Positions 12,427 to 23,767 are shown, numbered from the stretch's first letter. The stretch is DNA of 64,000 nt from Dictyostelium discoideum (GCA_000004695.1 CM000155.2:864001-928000); one strand, 5' to 3'. Translations and numbers: made by a program. The notes: a model not told the origin generated them from the letters alone.

Positions 12427-13680
12427 ATGAATTCCTACGCAGACGCGGCTAAAATGGCCAACCCCTCCACCCATATGGACGAGGCATCAGAGAACTTCAT
12501 TAAGGAATTCTCCACAAAAACAGCAGAGATAAAGGAGACCTACCCCAAATTATCAATAGGCCTCAAAGACATCTCCAAATACTGCGAGACCATATTGAAC
12601 ATGACTGCGCTCTCAACCTACGAGAAAAACAACGGATTCTACCCAATTACACTCGAATTCCCCAAAATGGATCTCATGGGGTTAGAAGAAATGAGAAAAA
12701 CACTCTCAAACTACGATATCCCAATCGACAAGATATACATAGGCAAAGGAACTAGAAAAATGATACACCTGATGATTAAAAACGAACAATCTCTCCTAAA
12801 TATCATTAGAGATAGAAGCAAATTGGGAACCTTCATCACCTCCAGTAGAGACTACCACGTCCTCACAGGAAGAGTAAGAATTCCAAGAGAAAAGGCAGGA
12901 ATAGTGGACGCCCTCATCAAAACTGCCTTTGCAGAAGAAATACCCTATGCAATATACCATACTACATACTCCACCGACCACCTCCTAGTATTCGGTCTAA
13001 TAGAATGCAAAATAGGCGATCAAATGAAATCTGGCCAACACAATACAGAAATCGCCAACTTTACCATCAGAACGGCCACCAAAACCTACTCCTCACAAAA
13101 GAAAAATAAGAAAGTAGAGTCAAACAACACGGAAGAACCATTAGAAGATGAGATGACAGATGATCCTCCCAACACCCAAAACAGGATAGCAATCAAATCC
13201 TCTCAACCAAAACCACAACAACAAACAAATGACCCAGCAAACAATCAGTCTGATAAACAATCAACCCAAGAGAAAAAAGCCCAATCAAAAAAGTCCTCTC
13301 AACCTCTTCCCCCCAAAAACCAAGCTTTATTTCAATCTGTCAAACCCACCACAACCACTACCACAACATTCAACGCCATCCAAAAAGACAATACCAACAA
13401 AACGAGCACTAACATCCATTCATCCTCGGAAAACAGAGAGAAGACACCAAACATCCCTCCATCACATAAACGCAAGAACGAGGAAATCCACTCAAACAAC
13501 GAGGTCACCCAACTCTCACCAACAATAAACAGAAGCAACCCTTACATCCCATCCACCCCTAAGACACCTGTCAATAAAGAAAGGAAAGGAATCATTGAGA
13601 GCTTCATAGAGAGTATCTACCCTTCACCATCTAAACCGCAGCTATACGACTCCCAAGAGGAGATCGATATCATCTCATAA
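12427..13680 (+). CDS. Element-2 ORF1 protein (417 aa, intact). Gag-like, with a basic, Ser/Thr/Pro/Gln-rich C-terminal half.
   Basis: Continuous ORF with a real ATG. Its stop overlaps the ORF2 ATG (TAATG). Confidence 0.85.
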   Translation: MNSYADAAKMANPSTHMDEASENFIKEFSTKTAEIKETYPKLSIGLKDISKYCETILNMTALSTYEKNNGFYPITLEFPKMDLMGLEEMRKTLSNYDIPIDKIYIGKGTRKMIHLMIKNEQSLLNIIRDRSKLGTFITSSRDYHVLTGRVRIPREKAGIVDALIKTAFAEEIPYAIYHTTYSTDHLLVFGLIECKIGDQMKSGQHNTEIANFTIRTATKTYSSQKKNKKVESNNTEEPLEDEMTDDPPNTQNRIAIKSSQPKPQQQTNDPANNQSDKQSTQEKKAQSKKSSQPLPPKNQALFQSVKPTTTTTTTFNAIQKDNTNKTSTNIHSSSENREKTPNIPPSHKRKNEEIHSNNEVTQLSPTINRSNPYIPSTPKTPVNKERKGIIESFIESIYPSPSKPQLYDSQEEIDIIS

Positions 13681-13783
13681 TGGTAGTAATCAAAATCAAC
13701 CAATGGAATGTCAGAGGTTGGGGCACTGACACCTCCTTCAAAAACAAAACAGACTTTATCAAATCCCAACCCCCCCAAACTCA

Positions 13784-16700
13784 TTGGCACTAACCATAGT
13801 CAATGAACTCAATGCTGACGCAACACAAGCACACCAGCTATTTCCTGGCTCCATCATTAGTGCAACCAACAGAGGCAACGGAATAGGAATACTAAACCAC
13901 AACAACCAAAACATAAAACTCTCACCAATATTCATAATAGAAGGTAGACTAATAATAGCAGACATTCTAATAAAAGATACCACAACGAGAATCTTGGCCA
14001 TATACGCCCCGGCCCAACCTGATAAAAGAAAAATACTAGCTTCAACACTAAACAAACACTTCAACAACCAATACCACAACCTAACGTCTAACCCTAAAAA
14101 AAACATCGACATCATAGCAGGTGACTTCAATTGTTTAGACTTCAATGACAATCACACATCAAATGACGACCAAGGCAACTTGACAACACAATCCCCAGAT
14201 GAGATGGCCACAGTAATTGAAGCCATCAGAATTTCAAATAACCTAATGGATATGGACCAACTAAATAAAAGACCCACCTTCTCAAGAACGATACACAACA
14301 CAAACAATAACCTCACAAGAATCTTGGAAAGGAGACTAGACAGAATATACCTTAACAATAGCATAATCAACTACAGCCAATTATACTTAAGGAACCTAAT
14401 CCCCCCAAAAATTAATGACATACCTCTATCAGATCACAACTTCCTATCAACCACCTTCACTCTACCCAACATACAGATGAACAAGCGCAGATGGAGATTA
14501 AAAAAATCCTCAATCCTCTCAAGCATAATGCTTAAGAAAATAGACTTCCTACTTAACGATTATTCAAGGGAGCTGTCATCCAACCATAACTCTATTTCCT
14601 TCTCTCAACTCAACAGCTTACTGAACAAAATAAAACAACTATACACAGAATTTCAAAAACAAAATGACTACAACAATAAGGCAAACATCAAAAATCTAAT
14701 CTCCCTACTAGAGACAGAATTTAAAGACCAAGCCTTCGCAACCCTCTCAGCAATAAATGAATCTAAAAAAAGAGAAGAACAACTTAAACAAGAATTGAAC
14801 AACTATTGCGAAGAAACCTCACTCAAGTACATCTCCGCGAGAATCAAGAAAAGACACAATGATTTCACCATCAACGCAGTAAAAGATGCACAAGGTAGAA
14901 CAATCAACAAACAGGAATTGATCGAAGAAGAATACGTAAAATATTACTCAAATCTTTATGACTACAAAGAAGATGACCCACCATCTCATTATGAAATGTT
15001 GGAAAATTGGACAGTGACCAGGGACTCAACATGGGACAACCTTGAAAATGAATTCACATCACAAGAGATCCTAGAAGTAATAAAACAATTGAACCCACAC
15101 AAATCTCCAGGCTCAGATGGAATTCCAAACTTATTCTACATAACACACAAAGAAAAACTAGCTCCAATACTGGCCTCAGCATTCAACGACACTCTAAGAA
15201 ATCCCCATCTAATTAGCAAAAATTACAAAGAAGGCCTCATTATCACGATACCTAAAAAGGGAGACCCCGAACTAATCAAAAACAGAAGACCAATTACACT
15301 GGCTAACTGTATATATAAAATCCACTCAAAACTAATAAACAATAGAATAATCCCAATACTAACGAAAGTGATCAACCACAATCAAAAAGGTTTCGTACCA
15401 GGCAGATTCATTCTAGATAATATCATATCAATGAACGAATTAATCAACTATTGTAATGATAAAAGAATTAACGGAATAATTACACTATATGATTTCGAAA
15501 AAGCTTTTGACTCGATCTCACACGGTTCAATACTCAGATCACTACAACACATCAACATTCCAACCAATATAATCAACCTGATAATGAATCTAATCACCAA
15601 ATCTGAAGCAAGAATTGAAATTAATGGTAGAACTACTATACCCTTTGAGATCAAAAGAGGAGTTAAACAAGGAGATCCACTATCACCCACCCTGTTCGTC
15701 CTTGTAATAGAGGCTTTAGCTAGAAAAATTTTACAAGATGACCGAATTACTGGCCTTCCTCTAAACAACAGCAACCACAGAGAGAAATTCCAAAGCTTTG
15801 CAGACGACTCGGCTTCAATGGTCCCAGACTCTCAACAACTTGAATTAGTACTACAACACTTCAATTCATTTTGCAAAGCCACCTCCTCAAAACTTAACAT
15901 CGACAAATCTTCATCAATTCTTATAGGCAACCCAGACAATACCAACCAAAGAATTCCAATATCTACAAATCCAGAAAGATACTTGGGATACTTCTTCACA
16001 GGTAAAGGGATAACAAGAAAAATGCCAGAAATATTAAACACAATAAGATCATCCTTAGTACTATGGAAAACCACTGACTCAACAATCAAAACCAAAACCA
16101 ACATCCTCAAAGCATTCGCACTCTCTAAATTAACCTACTATTCATATGTAGAGAACTTTAAGGAAGAGGAATTAAACCAAATCAATAAATTAGTCGAATG
16201 GTTTTTATCGGCACCAAACAACAAAAATGCTAGTGGATTTCAAGTTATTAATTTAATGAGAACCAAAAGAGCAAGATACCCACTAAAAGTAGGGGGCTGG
16301 AACATTTGGAATATAGAATTGAGACAACTGGCGCAGAAACTTTGGATCATAAACCAGTTCATCCTAGCACTAGAAACCAAACAAACAAACTCATCTCATC
16401 ACAAAAGCTGGGAATATCAGATCCAAAAAAACAAATTCACATCCAGATACCTAAAAGAAAACTTAGACGAATGGAACAAAATAAGAATAAAAAAAGCAAT
16501 CTTCAACAATAATCTCACATCCATAAAAAACGAAAATGGACAACCACTTTCACTGGCAGAATGGTATACCACAATTCAAGACCAAAATCCAACCATCCCT
16601 AAAACGGAATTCCAATCATCTCTAAACTTAAGAGGCTACAGCTATAATCAACTCTTCAACAACATACTGAAGATAAAAGACCCTAAAACAAGAGACACAA

Positions 16701-17383
16701 TGTTTAGATTCCATGCAAGATGCCTTCCAATAAACTACCTTCACAACAAACAATGCCCACTCTGCAAAGAAGATATGAGCAAAGACCCATACGGCCACCT
16801 GTTCTTCTCATGCAAGAAAACAAAACAATTCATAAAAATAAATAAACTCAAAAATTTCATCTATATTACCACAGGCAAAGGTAAAAACTGGCACCATACA
16901 AGAATTAGGCAAAATAACAATTTCATTAATAGAATAACTCCAAAATTATCACCGACAGCCAAAAAAGATCAAGAAGTGAATGCAGATTACGCCAACCACA
17001 GATTCCACAAAGAATACTTTGAATGGAACTATAAAGCAATAGACTATGATCTAACCAGATCATTCGCATATAGAAACCTAATGGCCCTTATCCTCCACAA
17101 CATTTGGATTTGGATTTGCAATCAAATATACAGTGAAGATCCTTTAACAGATGAATCACTATCATACAGCTCCCTTCTAAAGAAATGGCACAAATTGGCC
17201 ACTCTAGAATACATCAAAAAAGCAAAAGATCTGAAAAACTTATCAGCAAAAGACCATAATAACTTCAAAGATCCTAAGATCCTTCTCACTTCAACGATCA
17301 AGCTAAGAAAAACAACAGCTAATTACTATTGTATTCCAGAATCATCTCTCCCAAATATTATATCTTTTGATCAATTCATATGA
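13784..17383 (+). CDS. Element-2 ORF2 polyprotein (APE-RT-Cys/His). A 1199-aa ORF runs from an internal Met. The true start is at 13681, but a 1-bp deletion in the C7 run at about 13768-13775 separates the first about 30 codons.
   Basis: Copy 1 has 'CCCAATCCCCCCC' where this copy has 'CCCAACCCCCCC'. Downstream, the APE motifs ('IIAGDFNCLDF', 'SDHNFL'), RT motifs ('FDFEKAFDSISHGSI', 'FADD') and 'HARCLPINYLHNKQCPLCKED' are intact. Confidence 0.75.
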   Translation: MALTIVNELNADATQAHQLFPGSIISATNRGNGIGILNHNNQNIKLSPIFIIEGRLIIADILIKDTTTRILAIYAPAQPDKRKILASTLNKHFNNQYHNLTSNPKKNIDIIAGDFNCLDFNDNHTSNDDQGNLTTQSPDEMATVIEAIRISNNLMDMDQLNKRPTFSRTIHNTNNNLTRILERRLDRIYLNNSIINYSQLYLRNLIPPKINDIPLSDHNFLSTTFTLPNIQMNKRRWRLKKSSILSSIMLKKIDFLLNDYSRELSSNHNSISFSQLNSLLNKIKQLYTEFQKQNDYNNKANIKNLISLLETEFKDQAFATLSAINESKKREEQLKQELNNYCEETSLKYISARIKKRHNDFTINAVKDAQGRTINKQELIEEEYVKYYSNLYDYKEDDPPSHYEMLENWTVTRDSTWDNLENEFTSQEILEVIKQLNPHKSPGSDGIPNLFYITHKEKLAPILASAFNDTLRNPHLISKNYKEGLIITIPKKGDPELIKNRRPITLANCIYKIHSKLINNRIIPILTKVINHNQKGFVPGRFILDNIISMNELINYCNDKRINGIITLYDFEKAFDSISHGSILRSLQHINIPTNIINLIMNLITKSEARIEINGRTTIPFEIKRGVKQGDPLSPTLFVLVIEALARKILQDDRITGLPLNNSNHREKFQSFADDSASMVPDSQQLELVLQHFNSFCKATSSKLNIDKSSSILIGNPDNTNQRIPISTNPERYLGYFFTGKGITRKMPEILNTIRSSLVLWKTTDSTIKTKTNILKAFALSKLTYYSYVENFKEEELNQINKLVEWFLSAPNNKNASGFQVINLMRTKRARYPLKVGGWNIWNIELRQLAQKLWIINQFILALETKQTNSSHHKSWEYQIQKNKFTSRYLKENLDEWNKIRIKKAIFNNNLTSIKNENGQPLSLAEWYTTIQDQNPTIPKTEFQSSLNLRGYSYNQLFNNILKIKDPKTRDTMFRFHARCLPINYLHNKQCPLCKEDMSKDPYGHLFFSCKKTKQFIKINKLKNFIYITTGKGKNWHHTRIRQNNNFINRITPKLSPTAKKDQEVNADYANHRFHKEYFEWNYKAIDYDLTRSFAYRNLMALILHNIWIWICNQIYSEDPLTDESLSYSSLLKKWHKLATLEYIKKAKDLKNLSAKDHNNFKDPKILLTSTIKLRKTTANYYCIPESSLPNIISFDQFI

Positions 17384-17480
17384 TTAAAATAACCCTTCAG
17401 CTTAAATGATAAGCCTTTAAATAAATATTAAATAAAACTCGTATTAACACAGATGGACATATATCAATCTTGTTAATCCA

Positions 17481-17524
<44 letters not shown>

Positions 17525-17754
17525 ATTTATTTTGATGGAAATATATTTTTGAATTTAAAATGCTTTCGTCTTTTCTGTAAATATGGTCCGATTAATAAAT
17601 ATTAAAAATCTGAATAAAATATTTTATTTTTTAATGACGAATTATTTTATTTATTTGAATAAAAATCCTATTGAAAATAACAATTTTGAAAAATATCATT
17701 ATTTATTTATTTATTTATTTATTTTTTTATTCCAATTTATAAATACATAAAGAA

Positions 17755-19313
17755 ATGAATATTTTAAAATTAATAATATTTTTTTTGGTTTGCTTTTTTG
17801 TTAATAATGTAAAGTCACAAGATGAATCACCAATTAAATTAATCGTTAATCCAAATATTAAAAATGCATATGTAGTTGGTGAAAAGTGTGGTATTGAAAC
17901 ATTTACATGTAATTCAATTATTGATGCGGTTGCATACTTTAATTCAATTGCAGTATTAGTAGATAATGGAGCAATCTATCAACAATTAAATATAAAATTA
18001 TCAAATTATTCATATGGTATTATAGAGAACATTGTTAATTTATTTCAATTAAATTGTACAATCTCACCATTTGATGAGGAGGTAAAGTTGTGTTCGATAA
18101 TTTAAGTAATCCATTAAATAATACAGAATCAATGATAGAGTTATATGGACCAATTGTAAACGCTACAACATCAGTTTTAAATAGTTATATAAGCTTTAAT
18201 AATTTTAATGATTCAGTTATTTTAGTTTTATCTAATGATCAATATTCAAATGTTACAATTGATCAATTCAATTTCAACAATTATCAAACTCAAAAAAATG
18301 TACACATGATTGGGTTTACAAGATATTGGGCACCGGTTGATGGTGATTCTCTTACAGGTACAATCACAATTTCAAATTCCAACATTACAAATATCAACAA
18401 TAATGGAGGTGGTTTTACATCAAATGGTGTGTATTATTCTTATGGTATTAACATTACATTAGTTAATGTTATGATTTCTAATATTACTGCACAAATTCAA
18501 ACATTATTATATGTTGAAAATAGTATTGTAAATATAACCAATTGTGATTTTAATTATGTTAATACAAAGTAGAGGTAGTAGTATAGTAATGTTAAATTCA
18601 ACATTTAATTCATTATCATCAATGAACGGTGGCGCCTTATTAAACCATGATATTGAAAGCCCAAACCAAAAATCATCATTCAACATTACAGATTGCAAAG
18701 TTTTGAATTGTTGTTCCCAAGTAGGCAATGGTCATTCAATTATTTAATTCACTAAGTTTAGACGTTCCAATTATTAATATAAATAATAGTATATTTAATA
18801 ATAACAGTGGTTTTTATGGTGTACTTGAAAGTGACTATTATTCAATTAGTATAAATGATTGTTCATTTGATTCGAACTATGGTTCTTTGGCTAATCTTTT
18901 CTCTTTTTCATCTGGATCATTAACTGTTTCAAATTAAACAATTATCAATGTATTAGAAGAATCTCATGAAAAAGCCCAAATTTATAGTGGTACTGTTATA
19001 TTTGATAACTCAAATATTTTATTTGATGGTTGTACCTTTGGAAAAGAATATTTTAGTATTTCCTGTTATAAATCAAACATTGAATTTTCAAATTCAAATA
19101 ATTTAAATCTATTTTATATTTGTAATCAATGTGATCAATTAACTGTCAATTCAAATTCAATTTGTAAACAAAGTTCAACAACTTCAACTCTCAATTTTGA
19201 TAGTGATAGTAATGATTCTATAAAATTAATTCCAAACAACTTTTCAATATTTTTTATTATCTTTTTTATAATAATAATATTAACAACAACCAACAATAAT
19301 CTCTTTTAATTTT
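17755..19313 (+). pseudogene. Secreted, Asn-rich (N-glycosylation-rich) beta-helix-like cell-surface protein with an N-terminal signal peptide and a C-terminal hydrophobic (GPI/TM-like) tail. It is interrupted by at least four frameshifts and is a probable pseudogene.
   Basis: Signal peptide 'MNILKLIIFFLVCFFVNNVKSQ'. The coding signal continues through frames 1, 0, 1, 2, 0 (17755-18105, 18090-18572, 18544-18747, 18728-18937, 18942-19313). There are no intron-like gaps or compatible GT...AG phases at the junctions. It ends '...IFFIIFFIIIILTTTNNNLF'. Confidence 0.45.
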
Positions 19314-19872
19314 AATATATTGTTTTTTTTTTTTTTTAATTTTAATAATAATTTCTTTATTTATTTTTTAAAAATATAATTATAATTTATAATAAAACAA
19401 AAATAAAAAAAAAAAAAATAAACAAAGAGTATAAATTCAATTATAGATTTTAAAGAAAATTCATATTTGGTTTTGTTTAGAAAAAAAAAAAAAAAAAAAA
19501 AAATCCAGAACAAAACGGAGATATTTTTTTTAGTTTTTTTTGAATCCCAAATTTTTGCCTGGGAAATAATATTTTTTTTTTTTTTTTTATTTAACCCGAA
19601 AAACCAGGGTTAAAAACAAAAAAAAAAAAGATTAATGAAATCGTGATTATTTTTTTTTTTTTTTGTGTGTTTAATTATAACCAAACAAAAAATAATAAAA
19701 AATATTAAAAATAATTATTATTTTTTATATAATTATAAATAATTATATATAAAAAAATTATGACAATAATAAATAATGATAATATTAGTTTGTATTTTTT
19801 TTTTAAATATATCATTTTTTTTTTTTTTTTTTTTTTTTTTTTGACTAACTGAAATTTCTTATTGTTTCTAAC

Positions 19873-19916
<44 letters not shown>

Positions 19917-20094
19917 GATAATAATAATTATATAAATAATCAATTTTTAAATAATAATAATAATAATAATCATAAGGAAAAAAATGAAATATTAAAAAAA
20001 ATTTAAGGGAAAAAAAAATGTAAAAATAAAAGTAAAAAAAAAAAATAATAATAAATTTTTAGGAATTATAATGGGATTTTAAAAAACACTTTTT

Positions 20095-21299
20095 AGGGCA
20101 ACATCAGCAAAATTATCACAATTTATAGTATCGGGGGATTATAAAGGGCCATTTACAATCATAGGGTTAAAAACTAAAATTTTATCATTTTCATTAGTTA
20201 TTGAATTTATTTTATTAAAGATTGAATTAATTAAAGAGAGAAAAGATGGATTAAAGATTAATTTCGATGATGTAAAACATATAGATTATAATATTAATAG
20301 TAGTATAAGTGGTAGTTGTAACTATGAATTAAATTATACAAAACAGGATACCCTATTTCAAAGATTTCAAAGTAAATTTAAAATTGAACATACTATTAAT
20401 CCTGAAAATGGTGAAACCATCAACACTGGTATCACCCTTAAAAAATTATTTATAATTTCAATACCAATGTCAATTTTATTCGTTGCTTTAAATTGGATTT
20501 GGATGTTAGCAATTTCAATGACTGAAGTTAGTATTTCAACTGCATTATATCGTAAGTTGTATTTATTTATTTATTTATTCTAAACAACAAGTAATTAACA
20601 TGATTTTATCCCACTTTCATAGAAAGTGCATCAGTGTTTTGTTTCTTTTTATCAATTATAATATTAAAAGAAAAAGTTAAAATTTTAAAAACAATTTCAG
20701 TTATAATATTTATGGGAGGGATTGTTGGAATTGCAATTACAACAGTTGGAACATCAAAAGGTGAATATCCGCATGCAATCAAGGGAGAGATTTTAATGAT
20801 TATTTCAGCAGCAATGTGGGGTTTATATGAAGTTCTAACATCGAAATTCATTGGTGATGCTAATAGAACTATAGTTCATACTTATATGGGTTTAATTGCA
20901 TTTGTAAATTTAATATTGGGTATACCGGTAATTGTTATTTTAAATGTAACCAATTTTGAACCATTTTCAGTGCCATCAATATCAGTATTTGGAATGTTAT
21001 TATTGAATGCTTTTGTGGGTTTCTCTGTAAACTATTTAATTAATTGGGGTTTGTCAGTTACTTCACCATTATTCGTTAGATCTGGTGAATTAATGGTAAT
21101 AGTAGCAACTTTATTATTTGATATAATCATTAAACATATGAAACTACCTCTCTTGGCATTGCCTGGTTATTCTTTAATTGTTATTGGTTTTATCTTATCT
21201 GTTTATATTGAAAGTAGAGATATTAAACAACAACAAGAAAAAGAAAAAGAAAAACAAAAAAATAATAATGGTGAAACTGAATCATTATTAAATTATTAA
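20095..21299 (+). CDS. SLC35F/Thi74-like (DMT/EamA superfamily) multi-pass membrane transporter, paralog A. Exons run from about 20095 or earlier to 20551 and from 20623 to 21299. The 5' end is unresolved.
   Basis: GTAAGT donor at 20552 and acceptor at 20621-22. The spliced product '...ISTALYQSASVFCFFLSIIILKEK...' is collinear with paralog B. No ATG was found for exon 1, and its open frame begins right after a 'tttttag'. Confidence 0.6.
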
Positions 21300-21598
21300 A
21301 TTATAATTTTTAATTTTTTTTTTATATATCATTTATATAAATTAAAAAAACTATAATTTTAAATCTTAAAATAAATTTATTATTTTTTTAAAAAAAAAAA
21401 AAAAAAAATTTAATTAATGTTATAGATTTAAAAAAAAAAAAAAAAAAATAATAAAAAAAAAAAAAAAACTTTATTTGATAACTTTTTTTTTTTATAAAAA
21501 AAAAAAAAAAACTTTATTTGATAACTTTTTTTTTTTATAAAAAAAAAATAAAAATAAAAATAAATGATATATAATTCTTATCATTGTGTATCAATTAT

Positions 21599-21631
<33 letters not shown>

Positions 21632-22218
21632 CAAAAAAAAAAATCTATTATTATTGTCACCCACACTCGACAAAATTCATTACATTATAAAAATAACCAA
21701 ATTAAATAGATACACGATAATATTAAACTTTATTACTATGAAATATCATAATTTACATAATACATCTATATTTTATAATTATTATAATTTTAAATAAAAA
21801 AAAATATTATTAAAAAAAAAAACCGGGGAAAAGAAAAAAAAAAAAAAAAAAAGGGTTTTTTTTTTTTAAATAAAAAATTTTATTTAATCTACCTTTAGGG
21901 GCTAATTACCACAAATTTTTAAAAACATTAGTAGGGTGGAAAATAAAAATCTGGATTCAAATAGGGAAAAAACAAAGGTATTGGTGGGGAAAATATCCTC
22001 AACATATGCTATAAATTTTAATAAAAATCATAAAAAAGATTGTAAGTTTTTTTTTTTAAAATATAAAAATAAAAAACATAAAAAAAAATAATAAAAAATA
22101 AAAAATAAAAAAATAATAAATAATATAAAAATATAAAAATAAAAATATTTTTAAAAAATAAAACTATAAAAAAAAAAAAAAAAAAAAAATCTTCTTTTAA
22201 ATTTGTATTATAAAAGTA

Positions 22219-23767
22219 ATGATATTAAAATTGTATACTAATTTAATAAATAAAAAAAATGAAATTGAAAATAAAAATATTATTTTAGGTGAAATTAATA
22301 GTAATAATAATATTAATAATAATGAAAATAATGAAAATAGTAATAATATTGATAATAACAATAAATGCAAATTAGGATATGATAAAGAAAATATTAATAA
22401 TGACAATATTAATAATAATAATAATACTATTATCAGTAATAAAATAATAAAAGAAAATAAAAAGGGGGATAGAAATAAATTCCTGGGAATAATTATAGTA
22501 ATTTTAATTACAATATTTCAAACAGGATTTTCAGAATTATCATCATTTGTAGTAACTGGTGATTACAATTCACCATTTATGATTGGTTGGTTTAATACCA
22601 TTTTCTTATTATTTTCATTTTTAATTGAATTTATTTTAATTAAATTTGAACTTAATAAAGAGAAAAAAGAATTATTAAATATTAATAACGAACCACCACA
22701 AAAACAAGATACTATTTTAAAAAGATTTAAAAGTAAATTTAAAAATCAAATTATATTTGATAATGAAACTGGTGCCGAAACAATATCCCCAAATGGTATT
22801 ACTTTAAAAAAATTAATAATAATATCAATACCAATAACTATATTATATATTATATTAAATTGGTTATGGGTATTAAGTTTATCAATGACTGAAACCAGTA
22901 TTGCCACTGCCTTATATCGTAAGTTTTTATTTTTTTTTTTTTATTTTTTTTTTATCTTAATTTCAAATTAATAAAGATTAAAAAAAATAAAAATACACAC
23001 ATTTATATTAATAAAATTTTTCCTTTTTTTTTTTTTTTTTTTTTTTTTTAGAAAGCGCAACAGTTTTTTGTTTCTTTTTGTCAATTATAATTTTAAAAGA
23101 GAAAATTAGAATTTTAAAATCATTATCAATTTTAATATTTATGGGTGGCTTAGTTGGTATAGTAGTTGCAACAACAACAACAACAACAGATGGTGATGAT
23201 AAATTTCCAAATGCAATATTGGGTGATATTTTAATGATTGTATCAGCATTTTTATGGGGTTTATATGAAGTGTTAACATCGAAATTCATTGGTGATGCAA
23301 ATAGGACCATTGTAAATACATATATGGGTTTAATAGGATTATTTAATTTAATTATCGGTATACCAATAATTATAATATTAAATTTTATAAAATTTGAATT
23401 ATTCAAAATACCAGATTCGTATACATTCATAATGATATTAGTTAATGCAATTGTTGGTTTCTCAGTATTGTATCTGATTGTATGGGGTTTGTCAGTTACC
23501 TCACCATTATTCGTTAGATCAGGTGAATTAATGACAATTCCTTCAACTTTGATATTTGATATTCTATTTAAAAAAATGAAATTACCATTACTAGCTATAC
23601 CAGGTTACATTCTAATCGTTATTGGCTTCGTTTTATCAGTTTTCATTGAAAGTAGACAAATTAAAAAAAAAGAAAAATTAAAAAATCAAAAAGGTGAAAA
23701 TGGAAATGAAAAAAACCAAAAAAAAGAAAATCAACAATTTAATCAATTTTCTGAAATAAATTTATAA
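22219..23767 (+). CDS. SLC35F/Thi74-like membrane transporter, paralog B, a tandem duplicate of A. Exons 22219-22918 and 23052-23767, about 471 aa, with a poly-N N-terminus and at least nine predicted TM segments.
   Basis: Real ATG at 22219. GTAAGT donor at 22919 and acceptor AG at 23050-51. The proteins share 'WGLYEVLTSKFIGDANRTIV.TYMGLI...SVTSPLFVRSGELM' with paralog A. Confidence 0.7.

Larger units (their letters stand above)
12257..17522 (+). mobile_element. Full-length 'element 2' TRE-type non-LTR retrotransposon, copy 2. ORF1 is intact. ORF2 is intact except for a 1-bp deletion in a C-run near its N-terminus.
   Basis: Same 5' end as 6095. ORF1 12427-13680, ORF2 13681-17383, poly(A) 17486-17522. 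Followed by unique AT-rich host DNA. Confidence 0.9.
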
